A stretch of 63,388 nt of DNA, the filler included, from Globobulimina sp. (Eukaryota), in assembly GCA_003354225.1 (NCBI GenBank). It is 22 parts of 22 records of this genome, joined end to end, with 100 filler letters (N's around TTAATTAATTAA, not from the genome) between each part and the next. Parts side by side here need not be neighbours in the genome. Positions count along the whole stretch, not along the records: positions 1 to 2,788 come from PIVH01004885.1; positions 2,889 to 5,675 come from PIVH01004886.1; positions 5,776 to 8,562 come from PIVH01004887.1; positions 8,663 to 11,449 come from PIVH01004888.1; 18 more parts are not named here. The stretch is one strand, 5' to 3'. The translations under genes and the position numbers were made by a program. Below the pieces are notes generated by a model. That model saw only the letters and a list, made by a program, of their open reading frames with translations. It did not search any database and was not told the origin of the DNA. Positions 1 to 11,137 of this stretch are shown here, in pieces (the stretch's first letter is position 1; each line of letters starts with the position of its first letter).

Positions 1-1773
1 CTTGGCAATATTGACATTATTACAATGGTATAATTTGCACGATTTTTTATGATGTATCCAATGTAAGCTTTGACATAGTTGGTGACAGTAATATATCCTC
101 TTACATCTACTGCATCTTTTGCTGCTATTTGCTTTCAAACAGTTTCCACAATGACGGTTTCCGCACAGTTGATCATCTCTGCCATCCTCAATAAGTTTCA
201 ATAATTGCTGGTCATTTGCATTCACCATGGCACGAATCACCAGTCCCATCACTCCCATTTGGGCATTAACAGTCTCATTCAGAGCAAATAAAGAAATGGA
301 GAGCTGAGGTGATACCGTAGTTATGTTCACACGATCTCTTATCCATTGTTTGTTGTATAATTCAGACAATCTCCGCTTGGAATGCTCTGCGGCCAATTGC
401 AGCAATGTGGGAAGAAATGTATGTTTCAGATCATACTCAATGGCTCGCTGTACAACCCGTTGATGCTTATCCAGCAAAGTCCAATCCATTTGAATCAATA
501 ATAGCAGCGTATCATGAAATTTTACATTGAGCTCAAACAGTATCCGTTCTAATGACTCAAATATTGCCACCTCGATCATCTTATCAATGTCAGGTTGGAT
601 TTTTAATGCAACAAAATCAATCGCAAAGTAATGGTTATGTATAAAATTCAGAGTCTGAGAAAATGCGATTAATATAGCATTGATATGCTGATAATCTCTC
701 CATTGATTTTGACAAATCCATGCTGTAAACTGCTGGATATAATGAATGATTATGTTCAGTATATTTCGCACCATTTGCTCATTTGATATGGCTGCTGTTT
801 GAAATTGATAAATGTTATGTTTTCGCGGAATTAATAATTTCAGCAGGTTTAATGCAGAGATTATAACTTGTTTTCTCGTCCATCGCTGGAGACCATGCAA
901 CAAAGCATCTAATACACCAACATCAATCGCTTTGGCTACGAGTGAAAAATCGCCATTTACAACATCTCCCGCAATGTTTATGGTGTGTCTGATTGTTTGT
1001 AATTGAGTAATTTCATTCGATTCGAATACCCGTTTGATGACATCAAATATCTTACAACCTGCTAACATCCAACTGCTTGTCTTCTCAGTTAAACATGAAA
1101 TGCATCCAATGCTCATGCATAGAACATCGATGTTGTTTGTTTCCAAAGCTAATGTGACCAAAAAGTGCGAATATCCGCTTTGTAAAAGGATCTCAGCCGT
1201 CGACGGTTTGGTTGATAATGTAATTCTCATCGAAGCCAATGTGTTAAACATTTTATCTGTCTCCAAAGCATTATCTGCGTTCAATGTGACATTGTATTCC
1301 TTAATGACATTGATATGGTGCATAAAATGTGGGAAATAACCAGCTTTCATCATAGTATCGTTGGATAAAAATGCAGCTCTCACAGATCCTGCAATATATA
1401 AATCAATGCATGACCGCTGTAGCATGCAATGGCTATTTACATCTAAGAATGTAAATAAATATGATACGCATGTTTCGTTTAATGAGCACAAATTTATTTC
1501 AGTTTCATCATCAACATTGTCTACATTGTCTTGATCACATTCTTTTTCATTTGGTTCTTTGCTTTTTTTGTGAGCGGAATGTAAGATATTAAACAATTGC
1601 TGATGTTGATCATGTGTTAAATTGGTAGGATGTCTCAATGCCAACTCAAATAATTGTCTGAAACCTCCAATAAAGTCCAATAACTTGGGTTCTAATGACT
1701 TGATTGTAATACCATTAATACTTCTAAACAATTGTTTGTTTTTCAAAGATAACGCAGAATGATTCAGTTCCAT
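1..1773 (-). CDS. Protein (>=591 aa, 3' truncated) with F-box-like segment, helical repeats and C-terminal MYND zinc finger
   Basis: Manual translation from ATG at 1773 (MELNHSALSLK...) stays open to base 1; absent from the ORF track because it has no stop. C-terminus CGNRHCGNC...KRCSRCKRIYYCHQLCQSLHWIHHKKSC fits zf-MYND; INLCSLNETCVSYLFTFLD...LQRSC is F-box-like. Confidence 0.8.
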   Translation of the reverse strand, partial: MELNHSALSLKNKQLFRSINGITIKSLEPKLLDFIGGFRQLFELALRHPTNLTHDQHQQLFNILHSAHKKSKEPNEKECDQDNVDNVDDETEINLCSLNETCVSYLFTFLDVNSHCMLQRSCIDLYIAGSVRAAFLSNDTMMKAGYFPHFMHHINVIKEYNVTLNADNALETDKMFNTLASMRITLSTKPSTAEILLQSGYSHFLVTLALETNNIDVLCMSIGCISCLTEKTSSWMLAGCKIFDVIKRVFESNEITQLQTIRHTINIAGDVVNGDFSLVAKAIDVGVLDALLHGLQRWTRKQVIISALNLLKLLIPRKHNIYQFQTAAISNEQMVRNILNIIIHYIQQFTAWICQNQWRDYQHINAILIAFSQTLNFIHNHYFAIDFVALKIQPDIDKMIEVAIFESLERILFELNVKFHDTLLLLIQMDWTLLDKHQRVVQRAIEYDLKHTFLPTLLQLAAEHSKRRLSELYNKQWIRDRVNITTVSPQLSISLFALNETVNAQMGVMGLVIRAMVNANDQQLLKLIEDGRDDQLCGNRHCGNCLKANSSKRCSRCKRIYYCHQLCQSLHWIHHKKSCKLYHCNNVNIAK

Positions 1774-1883
1774 TGCGGTATTGTACAGTCCTTGAACAAA
1801 AACTTAGTACTAAAAAACCGTGATAAGATGGGAAATCAAGGAGCAACAACTACGGGAACTACAGTAAATTTGATGCGAAGAAG

Positions 1884-2489
1884 ATGAAACTACAGTCGGT
1901 GTCAATGTTATCTCGAACACATTTATGCGATGATGATACAGACATGGAAGATAATGATATGACTCACTTTTTGGAAGAAGAGAAAGAAGCTTCGCCCGAC
2001 AGAAATTTGCAGAGATTATGGATTCGAGATAGTGCGCTATGGTCAAAAAAATTTAATAATAAACGTGATAAATTTTTAAAAATGATTAAATTATCAAAAG
2101 CAATACAAATTAAATCAATAAATAATTGTCAGAATAAAAATGGTCTCACATTTGAAATTAATGCGAACTTTGTAATAAATCAACAACGCTTTTTATCGTT
2201 TGTATTATCAAAATGTTATAAATCAGAGGATAAGGATAAAGGCGATGAGAATAAGGAGGATTTGGATAATATTGAATGGAAATTAAACGTTGAATGGGAA
2301 GATGAAAATGCACATAAAATAATTATTGATTCATTAGCACCAAAACAAAATGCTAAAAATGATAAAGACGATGTAAAAAATAATAAATCGGATGAAACTG
2401 AAGAATTTGTGGCGGAATTCACAGAGTACGTTTTATTATGGCTATCATCGCATAATGTGGAACAATTTAGACTTAAAAATTTGAAATAA
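1884..2489 (+). CDS. Hypothetical acidic protein, 201 aa
   Basis: Intact ORF, divergent from the MYND gene; no recognised motif. Confidence 0.55.
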   Translation: MKLQSVSMLSRTHLCDDDTDMEDNDMTHFLEEEKEASPDRNLQRLWIRDSALWSKKFNNKRDKFLKMIKLSKAIQIKSINNCQNKNGLTFEINANFVINQQRFLSFVLSKCYKSEDKDKGDENKEDLDNIEWKLNVEWEDENAHKIIIDSLAPKQNAKNDKDDVKNNKSDETEEFVAEFTEYVLLWLSSHNVEQFRLKNLK

Positions 2490-2788
2490 TTTTGAATACC
2501 ATATATATACATATTGACATATTGACATATATAAATCCTTTAACTAAATTCGCACATTCGCAACGAATCGCAAGTCATTTTGTTGGTGATGTGGTTTATT
2601 TTTTTTTAACGCAGTGTTTCTAATATGACTATTCTAAAGTAGTGGGGCAAAATTCAATCAGGCCGGAGGCTGATTACACTCATTACAGACTCACAGATTG
2701 CTCAAACATCCCTGTGAGGGTGTAAAAAAGTGCTAAAGTTTTCGACAAACTTTTGAAGATTTGAAGATTTGAACAACATCACCGCCAT

Positions 2789-2888
2789 NNNNNNNNNNNN
2801 NNNNNNNNNNNNNNNNNNNNNNNNNNNNNNNNTTAATTAATTAANNNNNNNNNNNNNNNNNNNNNNNNNNNNNNNNNNNNNNNNNNNN
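2789..2888. other. Artificial contig spacer (N44-TTAATTAATTAA-N44); first of 21, about every 2.89 kb
   Basis: Identical spacer with stops in all six frames recurs at 5676, 8563, 11450, 14337, 17224, 20111, 22998, 25885, 28772, 31658, 34544, 37429, 40314, 43199, 46084, 48969, 51853, 54737, 57621 and 60505. Confidence 0.99.
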
Positions 2889-3608
2889 TTTGAGGTCGGA
2901 AGTGTTGCTGAGTTCGGTTATCGAGTTTGTGGGCGAATTGGGAAGCGGTGGATGTCCGGCAATTAGCACGGACCCAGTTGCTCGATGATGGCGCATATTA
3001 TCTTGCTCATCTTGTTCATGTTTGGACTCATTGAACTCCTCAATGGCTTGCGATATATCATCAAAACCAATGGAATTATAACTTGGATTTATTGTGATTG
3101 ATCGGAGGCGAAAATGATGGAACGATTTGGAGGAAATATGGTGCAGTTTATTATCATATTTTGGCGGTGGTTTTGGTACCTTTCTAGGCGGTGGTTTTGG
3201 TGGAAGCGCTCTATGTGATGACTGGTTTATAGATATGGAATTTTGCCAAGTTAATATAATTGATTTAGGGCTGGTGACATTAGTAATATTATTAATTCTA
3301 TTTATAATTATATTGTCATCAATTGGAGATATTGGTTCATTCGTTGTATTGCTGTGGAATGGAGTGATGGTTGAAACATGCCCGGATATTATTTCCTCGT
3401 CGGATTCATCAGATACGTCTTGGTATTGATACCCAAGTAAATCTTCGAATTCTGAGCTACTACGTCGTATATGAACGGTGTCAAAGTTTATGTCCTGGTC
3501 TTGTTCATATTCAAGGGTTGAATATAATGGATTGATGCCACCGTAGCTAAAATTATTAAGATTTACAGTTAACGCACGAGATCTTGTGGTGGTTGAATAA
3601 GATGTCAT
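2889..3608 (-). CDS. N-terminal part of a disordered, Pro-rich protein (3' truncated)
   Basis: ORF runs into the spacer; PPKPPPRKVPKPPPK polyproline motifs. Confidence 0.55.
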
Positions 3609-3659
3609 AATGAACAGTATATTCTGAGGTGGATTAAACAGTATAAAAATGTTTTTTAG

Positions 3660-4333
3660 CTAAGCAAGTTTTACAGTCAAAGCTTTACCTTGATATTCGA
3701 TAGAAACATCAGGATTTGCAGTAACATTAATTCCGACACCATGTCCTTGAGTAACAAGCACAAAATTCAATATCCGGTTCATTATCATTCCATTATAGTC
3801 ACCTTGTCTATCACTTACATATATTTCATTTGTATCATCATTCCATTCAAACTGTATTACTGAATATTGATTGTGTTGCACCGATAATCTATCTTCAAAA
3901 TTATCCTCATACAGCATAAACGAAGAGTTATGTCCAGAATAAATGCGTATTTCCAATTCAATCCATGGTATTTGAGTGCTATATTCAACGAATGGACATA
4001 ATATTAATATACTACCACAATGTTTGAATCAAAAAACGAGACTTGCAATGTGTTCGTGTCAACCTCAATATACATAGCTTGTGTTTCAATTATAGTGATA
4101 AATGGATCAGTTTCCTTTGTTGAAATATTGTATGGAATAGAATCAGATGGCTCATATCTAATAATTAATGAGTTTATTTCAGGTTGTCTGTAGACAGTAG
4201 AATTTGGGAGTGTTGTTAATCGGAATATATTTGATTCGTATAACCATATAATTAATCTTTCGTTAAATGTGAATTTAATAACACCATTGCTAAACGACAC
4301 AAAGGACCACAGAAACCAAAGGTATACACTCAT
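3660..4333 (-). pseudogene. GH31 alpha-xylosidase/glucosidase-like gene with catalytic domain deleted (signal peptide, N-terminal beta domain, DUF5110-like C-terminal domain)
   Basis: 4333-4004: signal peptide, FRLT...SLII...IEVDTNTLQVSFFD (GH31 N-domain). A different frame from about 4018 reads GSILILCPFVEYSTQIPWIELEIRIYSGHNSSFMLYED...GHGVG...YQGK (GH31 C-terminus). No TIM barrel lies between them. Confidence 0.7.
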
Positions 4334-4556
4334 GATACTTCAACTCGATCACTGAAATTGTAAAAACTTTGTTGCTTTTTTTGTTTTCGACTAGTTGAAA
4401 TTGAAATTATTAAGTTACACATCAATAAAAGAGATAAGAATAAACATAGCACTATCTGCGGAAAATAAAGTGCCCAAAGTAGAACATATAATTTGCAATT
4501 TGTATGCGTCATTAATACTTACAATAATTTTTTATACGTTTATACGTTGTCATTTT

Positions 4557-5675
4557 TTACTGTTCATCACTATATAACGTTTGTTGCATTCCAATCAATC
4601 CTTTCCCTCTTCGTTCACCAAACACTCGTTTAGCATCTTTGAACGATAAGTTTGTAAAATTACCACGTTTTGAAAACGTTTTTAACTGATTTACATTATG
4701 TGGTTCACTCCCAAAAACATTAATATATGCATTCCAAATCCTATCCTCTGTACTTAACCCATTCAAAACACCTTTGTTGGTCAAACCAAAATTATCTCCC
4801 TCAACAATAAACTCATCATCAAGTAAATTCGGATTTGATTCATCCCGATCATTTCCATCCGTCCCGGTTCCAGTATCAGTTTCATCATCGATCATCTCTT
4901 CCAAATTGCCAGCTGTCATTCCCATCTCTTCCAATAACACATCATCCGAACTGATTGATGCCACTTTCATAAGTTCACTAAATTGTGGTTGAGGCTCACC
5001 ATTTGGAGTTATCAGTAAATCCATAAATTCTTCAACATTGTCACTTTCCTCATCCTCATTTGCAATCTCATCCACACCGTTAATATTTATCATCGCTGTC
5101 ATCTCAACACTGGCCGGAAAATTCATTTTCGGCGGGAGCCCCATCGGTGTTTGCATGTCGAGTACGATATCATCCATTAATATGGTATTCACATTGGCCA
5201 ACGAATTTAAATTGGTTGAAAATTGTGGTTGATACGTATTTAACGGAGAACTGGAAAGAATCACAGATGATGGGATCGACGATGGCACTCTAGCAATATT
5301 TAAGCCTTTCGGGTTGTATATTTCTGTTTTTTTGTTGCGTCTTACGTTGTTTGTATACTCTGGAGAACTGTTTGCAGCATCCGTTGGAATGATATTCTTT
5401 AAATGCCGAGCCGCCTTTCTTCTCTTTATCAACAAGTAAAATGCAACAATGCTGCAACACAAAATTAATAAAACCACGCCAATAAGATAATATATAATAT
5501 TTTCGTCAAACAATATATTTCCCTGTAATGCGTTTTCAGACTCTGCTGTATGCATATAATCAGTTATTTGAGTTCCAGACGATCCGACCTCGCCATCTGG
5601 CCGAGTGGATTTGGGAGCAGGCACTCCAATCCAAACCCCATCCATTGTTGGATCATTTGTTGGATCATCTGTCGG
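4557..5675 (-). CDS. Type I single-pass membrane protein, C-terminal part
   Basis: PTDDPTNDPT stalk, TM helix IIYYLIGVVLLILCCSIVAFYLLI followed by KRRK, acidic cytoplasmic tail. Confidence 0.7.
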   Translation of the reverse strand, partial: PTDDPTNDPTMDGVWIGVPAPKSTRPDGEVGSSGTQITDYMHTAESENALQGNILFDENIIYYLIGVVLLILCCSIVAFYLLIKRRKAARHLKNIIPTDAANSSPEYTNNVRRNKKTEIYNPKGLNIARVPSSIPSSVILSSSPLNTYQPQFSTNLNSLANVNTILMDDIVLDMQTPMGLPPKMNFPASVEMTAMININGVDEIANEDEESDNVEEFMDLLITPNGEPQPQFSELMKVASISSDDVLLEEMGMTAGNLEEMIDDETDTGTGTDGNDRDESNPNLLDDEFIVEGDNFGLTNKGVLNGLSTEDRIWNAYINVFGSEPHNVNQLKTFSKRGNFTNLSFKDAKRVFGERRGKGLIGMQQTLYSDEQ

Positions 5676-5775
5676 NNNNNNNNNNNNNNNNNNNNNNNNN
5701 NNNNNNNNNNNNNNNNNNNTTAATTAATTAANNNNNNNNNNNNNNNNNNNNNNNNNNNNNNNNNNNNNNNNNNNN

Positions 5776-8562
5776 GATATTTATATTTGGTTCTGAATTT
5801 GAAAGAGATAAAACAAACAATATTTATTTACATTTAAATCGAGTCAAACAAACAATGGAGACAGGAAAGACGCTGATTTTATGCAATTTAGATGAAATCA
5901 ACGAGTCACTCTACGACATGCTTAAGTTATGTGATAAACATTTATATTTTGTCAATATATAATAAATATTGGATTGTTTTTTGTATATAGCCAACGATAC
6001 ACATTTATTAAAAATAGCGGTAAAATGTATTGTCGAATAGCATTGGGCTCAAATTCGCAAACATGTTTTGTTGATCCTGCATTTAAATGCATTGTAATCA
6101 CAACCAAAACAGACGCGCATAGTGATGGTGGAGTGCCAATTGCTTTTATTAATAGGTTTGAAAAGCAATTAATTTCATATCATTCATCATTATTACCACA
6201 ACATTTGAGATTTTTATATAAATTAAGAGCTGAAATTTGCGATATGTACTGTTTGAATAATATGAAAGAAATCTATCAAATATTTCCAGGTTTCTGTGGT
6301 GATACGTTTGCTTCGTTGATATTAAATGTGATAAAGCCGCAATTGATGGATGATCAGAAAATGCATGATAATGACAATGAGGATGGAGACTCTTTTATGC
6401 AAAATGATGGAGACTCGGACTCTTCAAATGATGATTATGACGACATTCATGTGCAAAAAGAGAATGTAATGAAAGAGTGTTGCAACCATTTATTGAATGT
6501 GACTTTGACTGAGTCCTTGATTCAATGCACTGTCAACAATAAAGGTCATAAAAGAAAGCGATTGGTCGAATATTTGCCATCATTGCAACAGTTAATATTT
6601 GATAATAAAGAACCAAATAAATTATTAATTGTATTAACATTTGATTTTGAAAATAAACTGAATAAAAATAAAAATGCACAATGTTTTGAAAAAACAATAT
6701 TCAAAAAAATGAGTAATTTTTCAAAATCTGAACAATTTGAAAAGTATATGTACAGATATTTAACTGCCAAGGATGGATTGGAGGGAAATGATAATTTATT
6801 GCTGCAATACAGACATAATAACATGAATCATTTCATTCACATTAAACATATCATTGAATCTAAAATGCATATTTACAATGCAAATAAAAGAGTAACTTTG
6901 TTAGTTCATTTGCATCGAAATGAAGATCTGCACAAACAATTTCCATTAATTTTTACCAAATACTCAAAAATTGTGTTTTTAGATTCATTGGCACAAAAAC
7001 ATCCAATTCCTTTGGATTCATTTGTAAATCACTCCATTTGTGATGTGTGCAATGAGCGCGGCATTGATTTATTGCGCAAAACATTTCAAAGAGCATTATC
7101 TCATTTAGATTTTAACCAAAACATTGATATTGAATATGAAGTGAACAGAGTCTCAAATTTATTGTCAAATAATTCCGCAATACAAAGATTAATATTTGAT
7201 AGATTTCTTAAGTTATTATCACAGAATAAAATCAATAGAAATATTGGAGACGTTGTTTGTAAATCAATTTCAAATTTTAAAAGTTGGAAAAGAGGCTCTT
7301 TTTATGAGCGACTGCATGATATTATCGATACGATTGGCGTGGTTGCAATGATACACATTCTACAAACCCTTTATATTAATTTCAATGTCGATATTTTACA
7401 AAATGAAAATCAATCAAGCATCGTAAAGATATTTGTATTGCTATATCAGTCGGATTTAATTGAAGACAAAGTGTTGGACATTAACGTTGAGAATATACTC
7501 GAAGATAAACCAAATAAATTGTTTGTTAAAACAGATTTCAATGCAAAGTTCCCATTCAGTGATATCATCCATTCATGGTGCAATTCAATAAAATGCAGAA
7601 TCATTAATAATGGATCTGGCGATTCACGAAAACGTAAATTAAGTGATGATGATGTATTATTTCATGATCCGCCAACAAAGAAACAGAGAGTGGATGGAGA
7701 TTTTGATGATATTAAATACCATTATGATAGTTCGAGTGATTCGGACCAGGATGAATTCGATAATGACAATGACATTGATATGAAATGGGATGAACCACAA
7801 ATGGACGCTGTGCATCTTTTGAAACAAGAACTTTCCTCAACATGGCCTCCATCTGTTTGTGAAGTATCATTTGATGTTTCAGAGAAATATGCGCATGATT
7901 TGATTTTATTAAATGGCCATAAATTACAAATAAATCAGTCCTTTTCGTCGGAGTTAATAGATTTAAGTGCGAGGTTGTTGGTGATTGTCGCATTGAATTC
8001 GAGTCAAATGACGGGAGATCAACAACTTATATCCATTGCCGCATTAGAGACAGCTATATGGAATAAAGAAGAATTTATCAGACACTTAATTGGAGTGTTA
8101 AAGGTATTGGACGTCGATCCGCAACTTCATCGATTGGTCAATATTAAAAATATGATATCTTTTGATTCGAGCATTGTTTATGCAGTTGATATGTTGTTAG
8201 AAAATATGTTGAATTGGTTGGATGATGAAATGTATCAACAATGTAATTTACATTCGACCCCAGACTCAATAAAATATATCATTGAGCAAATTGGGCAAGA
8301 AAGTGACAATATTAATTACCAACATTTTGATGCATTGCGTTCGAAATTTATTATGATAAAAATTAAAAGGATTGCATTGAAATTTGATTTATCCGAAATG
8401 GACAATGAAGTGTTGTATGGCATTGTAAATGTAAAAGTAACATTATTTGATTATGATTTATTAGCGCAATCATTGCAATATTTGACCAATTTAATAAAGA
8501 AAGACACACCGACAGAAAAGTTGTGTAATCAAATATTGTATGAATTATTGGAATTAATTGAG
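5776..8562 (+). CDS. RNF213 (mysterin)-like dynein-type AAA protein, internal fragment; intron 5926-5990
   Basis: Spliced sequence FGSEFERD...NRVKQTMETGKTLILCNLDEINESLYDMLN|QRY...CRIALGS...CFVDPAFKCIVI...PIAFINRFEKQ matches the RNF213 AAA module (RVKICMETGK..LYESLYDALNQYY..PIPLINRLEKH). Confidence 0.85.
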
Positions 8563-8662
8563 NNNNNNNNNNNNNNNNNNNNNNNNNNNNNNNNNNNNNN
8601 NNNNNNTTAATTAATTAANNNNNNNNNNNNNNNNNNNNNNNNNNNNNNNNNNNNNNNNNNNN

Positions 8663-8867
8663 CAAATAATCCACAAATTGATAACCAGGGAGTGATGTCG
8701 CGATGGCCAAACATTTGCAGCAGAATAGCGAACATTGATGCTATTAATGTCAAAAATGCGTAATGATAGCAACTGTTATTTGTTTGAGGGGAACAGCTGT
8801 TGCATGCTGTACAGACTAGTGAGGCTGCACTCCATCCCAAGCAACTACCAATACATGCAAACGCCAT
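8663..8867 (-). CDS. Serinc (serine incorporator/TDE) family, N-terminus
   Basis: Cys-rich start MAFACIGSCLGWSAASLVCTACNSC followed by YAFL-containing TM helix, typical of Serinc. Confidence 0.65.
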
Positions 8868-9421
8868 TGAATTGTTGTATTCTTTAATTTGTGGAAAGAG
8901 AGCTAGGTGACAGATTTAGTGATAGTTCCGACATGCGAAATTGCCTCATAATTCACTCAATTTGCAGCTGCCATTTAGGCTGCACGAGCTTAATCATAAT
9001 ACATTATGTTCATCCTCTTTGATGTGGGTGACATGTAGTCGATAAGTATACATTTAATTCAATTCAATTATCTGGGTTATCCAAACGGGGGTTATCTTTT
9101 GGAATATATCGTTCAAGCAAAGGCACTGATGCACTCATAAACACTTTGAAAATTAAATTACATTCATAAAAACACGTGTAAGCAATAAAAAGGGGAAATT
9201 AAGATGGATGACGGTCATTTTCTTAAAAAAAACATGAATGACAGTCATTCATAAATGCGTAGACCTTATCAGATCATTTATATCACTCAAACACGTTGTA
9301 AACAATCAAAAAACAAAATTAAAACGTTTCCAACAAATAAAATATTAAGAAAAAAACGAAAAAGTGTTGGATATTTAATATGACATCTTTTGCATCATAA
9401 TTACGGCCATTTTTTAAGTGA

Positions 9422-10408
9422 CTACAATGTAACATCGATATTACAGGAAGGATCATTCTGAGTGGAATCTTCCGATCGCGAATTACATTTTTCAACGGTT
9501 TGATGACAATATTTACATAATATATTATATTCTCGTTTATACATTGAACCCATTAAAAGAATACATAAAATATTGAGAAAGCCGTCAATATCGACTATTA
9601 CACCCATTTGGAAGAAAGACAGGATGACAAAGAGCGAAGTGCTGACGATGGCAGTCGTTGTTAATACGCTATACTTAATCACGAGATATCTAAATCGTTG
9701 TTCATTTTGTTGCATCTGCGTATCTCTTAAAATATGCAGCAACGGCTTAATAAATAAAACTAAACAAATTATCGATAGGATTGAATCAAAGGCACCACTT
9801 GCGATCACACCATACATTGCCGCATGGAATTGACACCAATATATATTATCATCTTTGTCATAAATATATTCTCCAAATACTTCGGTGAAATCACCAACGA
9901 TCGCAGACAAAAGAAACAATATAATAAATATTGATAATCCGTAAATTGTTTTGTTGCCATATCGATATGCACTGCGATCAAATGCCATTTTCATTCTTAA
10001 TATGAATACAAAATATATTAAACATTTTGAAATATGCCAGAACGAACACAATAAATTTGGAATAACGCCACAATTATTCAATGAATGATCCAATGCGCCA
10101 TAAAAATTAAATACATGCAATACACCGAGAATTATTATAAAAAACATTATGGAGAATGTTAAACAATGGTTGATATTGTTCATTATTTTCACTCTTTTTA
10201 ATATTTGAGATGCAGTGCTATTTACTACACCCGGTTTTGTTTCATCTTTAGTGTGATAATAATTGTAAGACAATCTTAGACAATGAAATATGATAATTAT
10301 CGCAGTTATTGTCGTTCCAATGACACTTACAATCTGATTAAACAGTAATTGATCAGAGAAAAATTGCAAAAAATGTGAACTCCTTACCATTCTCAGAAAG
10401 ATCTTCAA
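9422..10408 (-). CDS. Seven-TM GPCR-like membrane protein
   Basis: About seven hydrophobic segments, a Cys before TM3 and in ECL2, RMK after TM3, Cys-rich tail. Confidence 0.65.
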   Translation of the reverse strand: MKIFLRMVRSSHFLQFFSDQLLFNQIVSVIGTTITAIIIIFHCLRLSYNYYHTKDETKPGVVNSTASQILKRVKIMNNINHCLTFSIMFFIIILGVLHVFNFYGALDHSLNNCGVIPNLLCSFWHISKCLIYFVFILRMKMAFDRSAYRYGNKTIYGLSIFIILFLLSAIVGDFTEVFGEYIYDKDDNIYWCQFHAAMYGVIASGAFDSILSIICLVLFIKPLLHILRDTQMQQNEQRFRYLVIKYSVLTTTAIVSTSLFVILSFFQMGVIVDIDGFLNILCILLMGSMYKREYNILCKYCHQTVEKCNSRSEDSTQNDPSCNIDVTL

Positions 10409-10631
10409 AACTCTTCAAAACTTCAGACAAAACTTACAGATGGTGGTTCCACTATCACCAATCTCAACTATCTGAAAATAAATAAAGACGTACTAGATCA
10501 CTCCAAGAAACTACAAGCATGCATGATGAGATACAATTTGCACATCATGATCATCACACCAGTAACATTTGTAGATGTTATAATCAGTTATATTTTATGT
10601 TTGTCTTCGTTTGTTATAAAACAAAAATTAT

Positions 10632-10940
10632 TTACAAGCCATATTTATTAGCACGAGGTTTTTTATTCTTAATTGTAGATCTCTCTCGTTTTGTCCTTTG
10701 TTGTCTATTCGAATCTGGCATGTAATCCCTACGAATTCCATATTTCCGATAATCTGAAAAATGTCGTCCATCGCGAATATGCTCTTTGTGTCTTCGCTGG
10801 AAATCATTTGTTTGTCCAACATATTCTGTTTTTCCATTTTTTCTATCAAAATAAGAATAAACTCCTCCTTTCTTTTTTCTTTTTGCATCAACATTCCAAA
10901 TAAAGCTAACAAACAACAAAGTTAGTAAGGATCTCCACAT
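10632..10940 (-). CDS. Stand-alone GIY-YIG nuclease with N-terminal signal peptide, 102 aa
   Basis: GVY-x10-YVGQTNDFQRRHKEH...RERSTIKNKKPRAN carries GIY-YIG motifs with Arg, His, Glu and Asn; MWRSLLTLLFVSFIWNVDA looks like a cleavable signal. Confidence 0.8.
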   Translation of the reverse strand: MWRSLLTLLFVSFIWNVDAKRKKKGGVYSYFDRKNGKTEYVGQTNDFQRRHKEHIRDGRHFSDYRKYGIRRDYMPDSNRQQRTKRERSTIKNKKPRANKYGL

Positions 10941-11137
10941 TGCATTTCAAAACGTTTTCAATTATTGTGCAAGGATAACTAATTAACAGTTTTATTCTCT
11001 AGTTTACATATTTACTGGTTATAATTTCACAATTTCCAAATCATATTTATACATAATACATTAGCAAACCAACGGAATATTTTCCCGATATATTCTAAAC
11101 AAGCATTTGATTGTCACATTGTAAATTTTTATGCATC

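Noticed and set aside
2789-2888. Regularly spaced TTAATTAATTAA palindrome, and ORFs ending in X...LIN
   Set aside because: Artificial contig spacer; genes on different contigs are not neighbours, so no cross-contig clusters were inferred.
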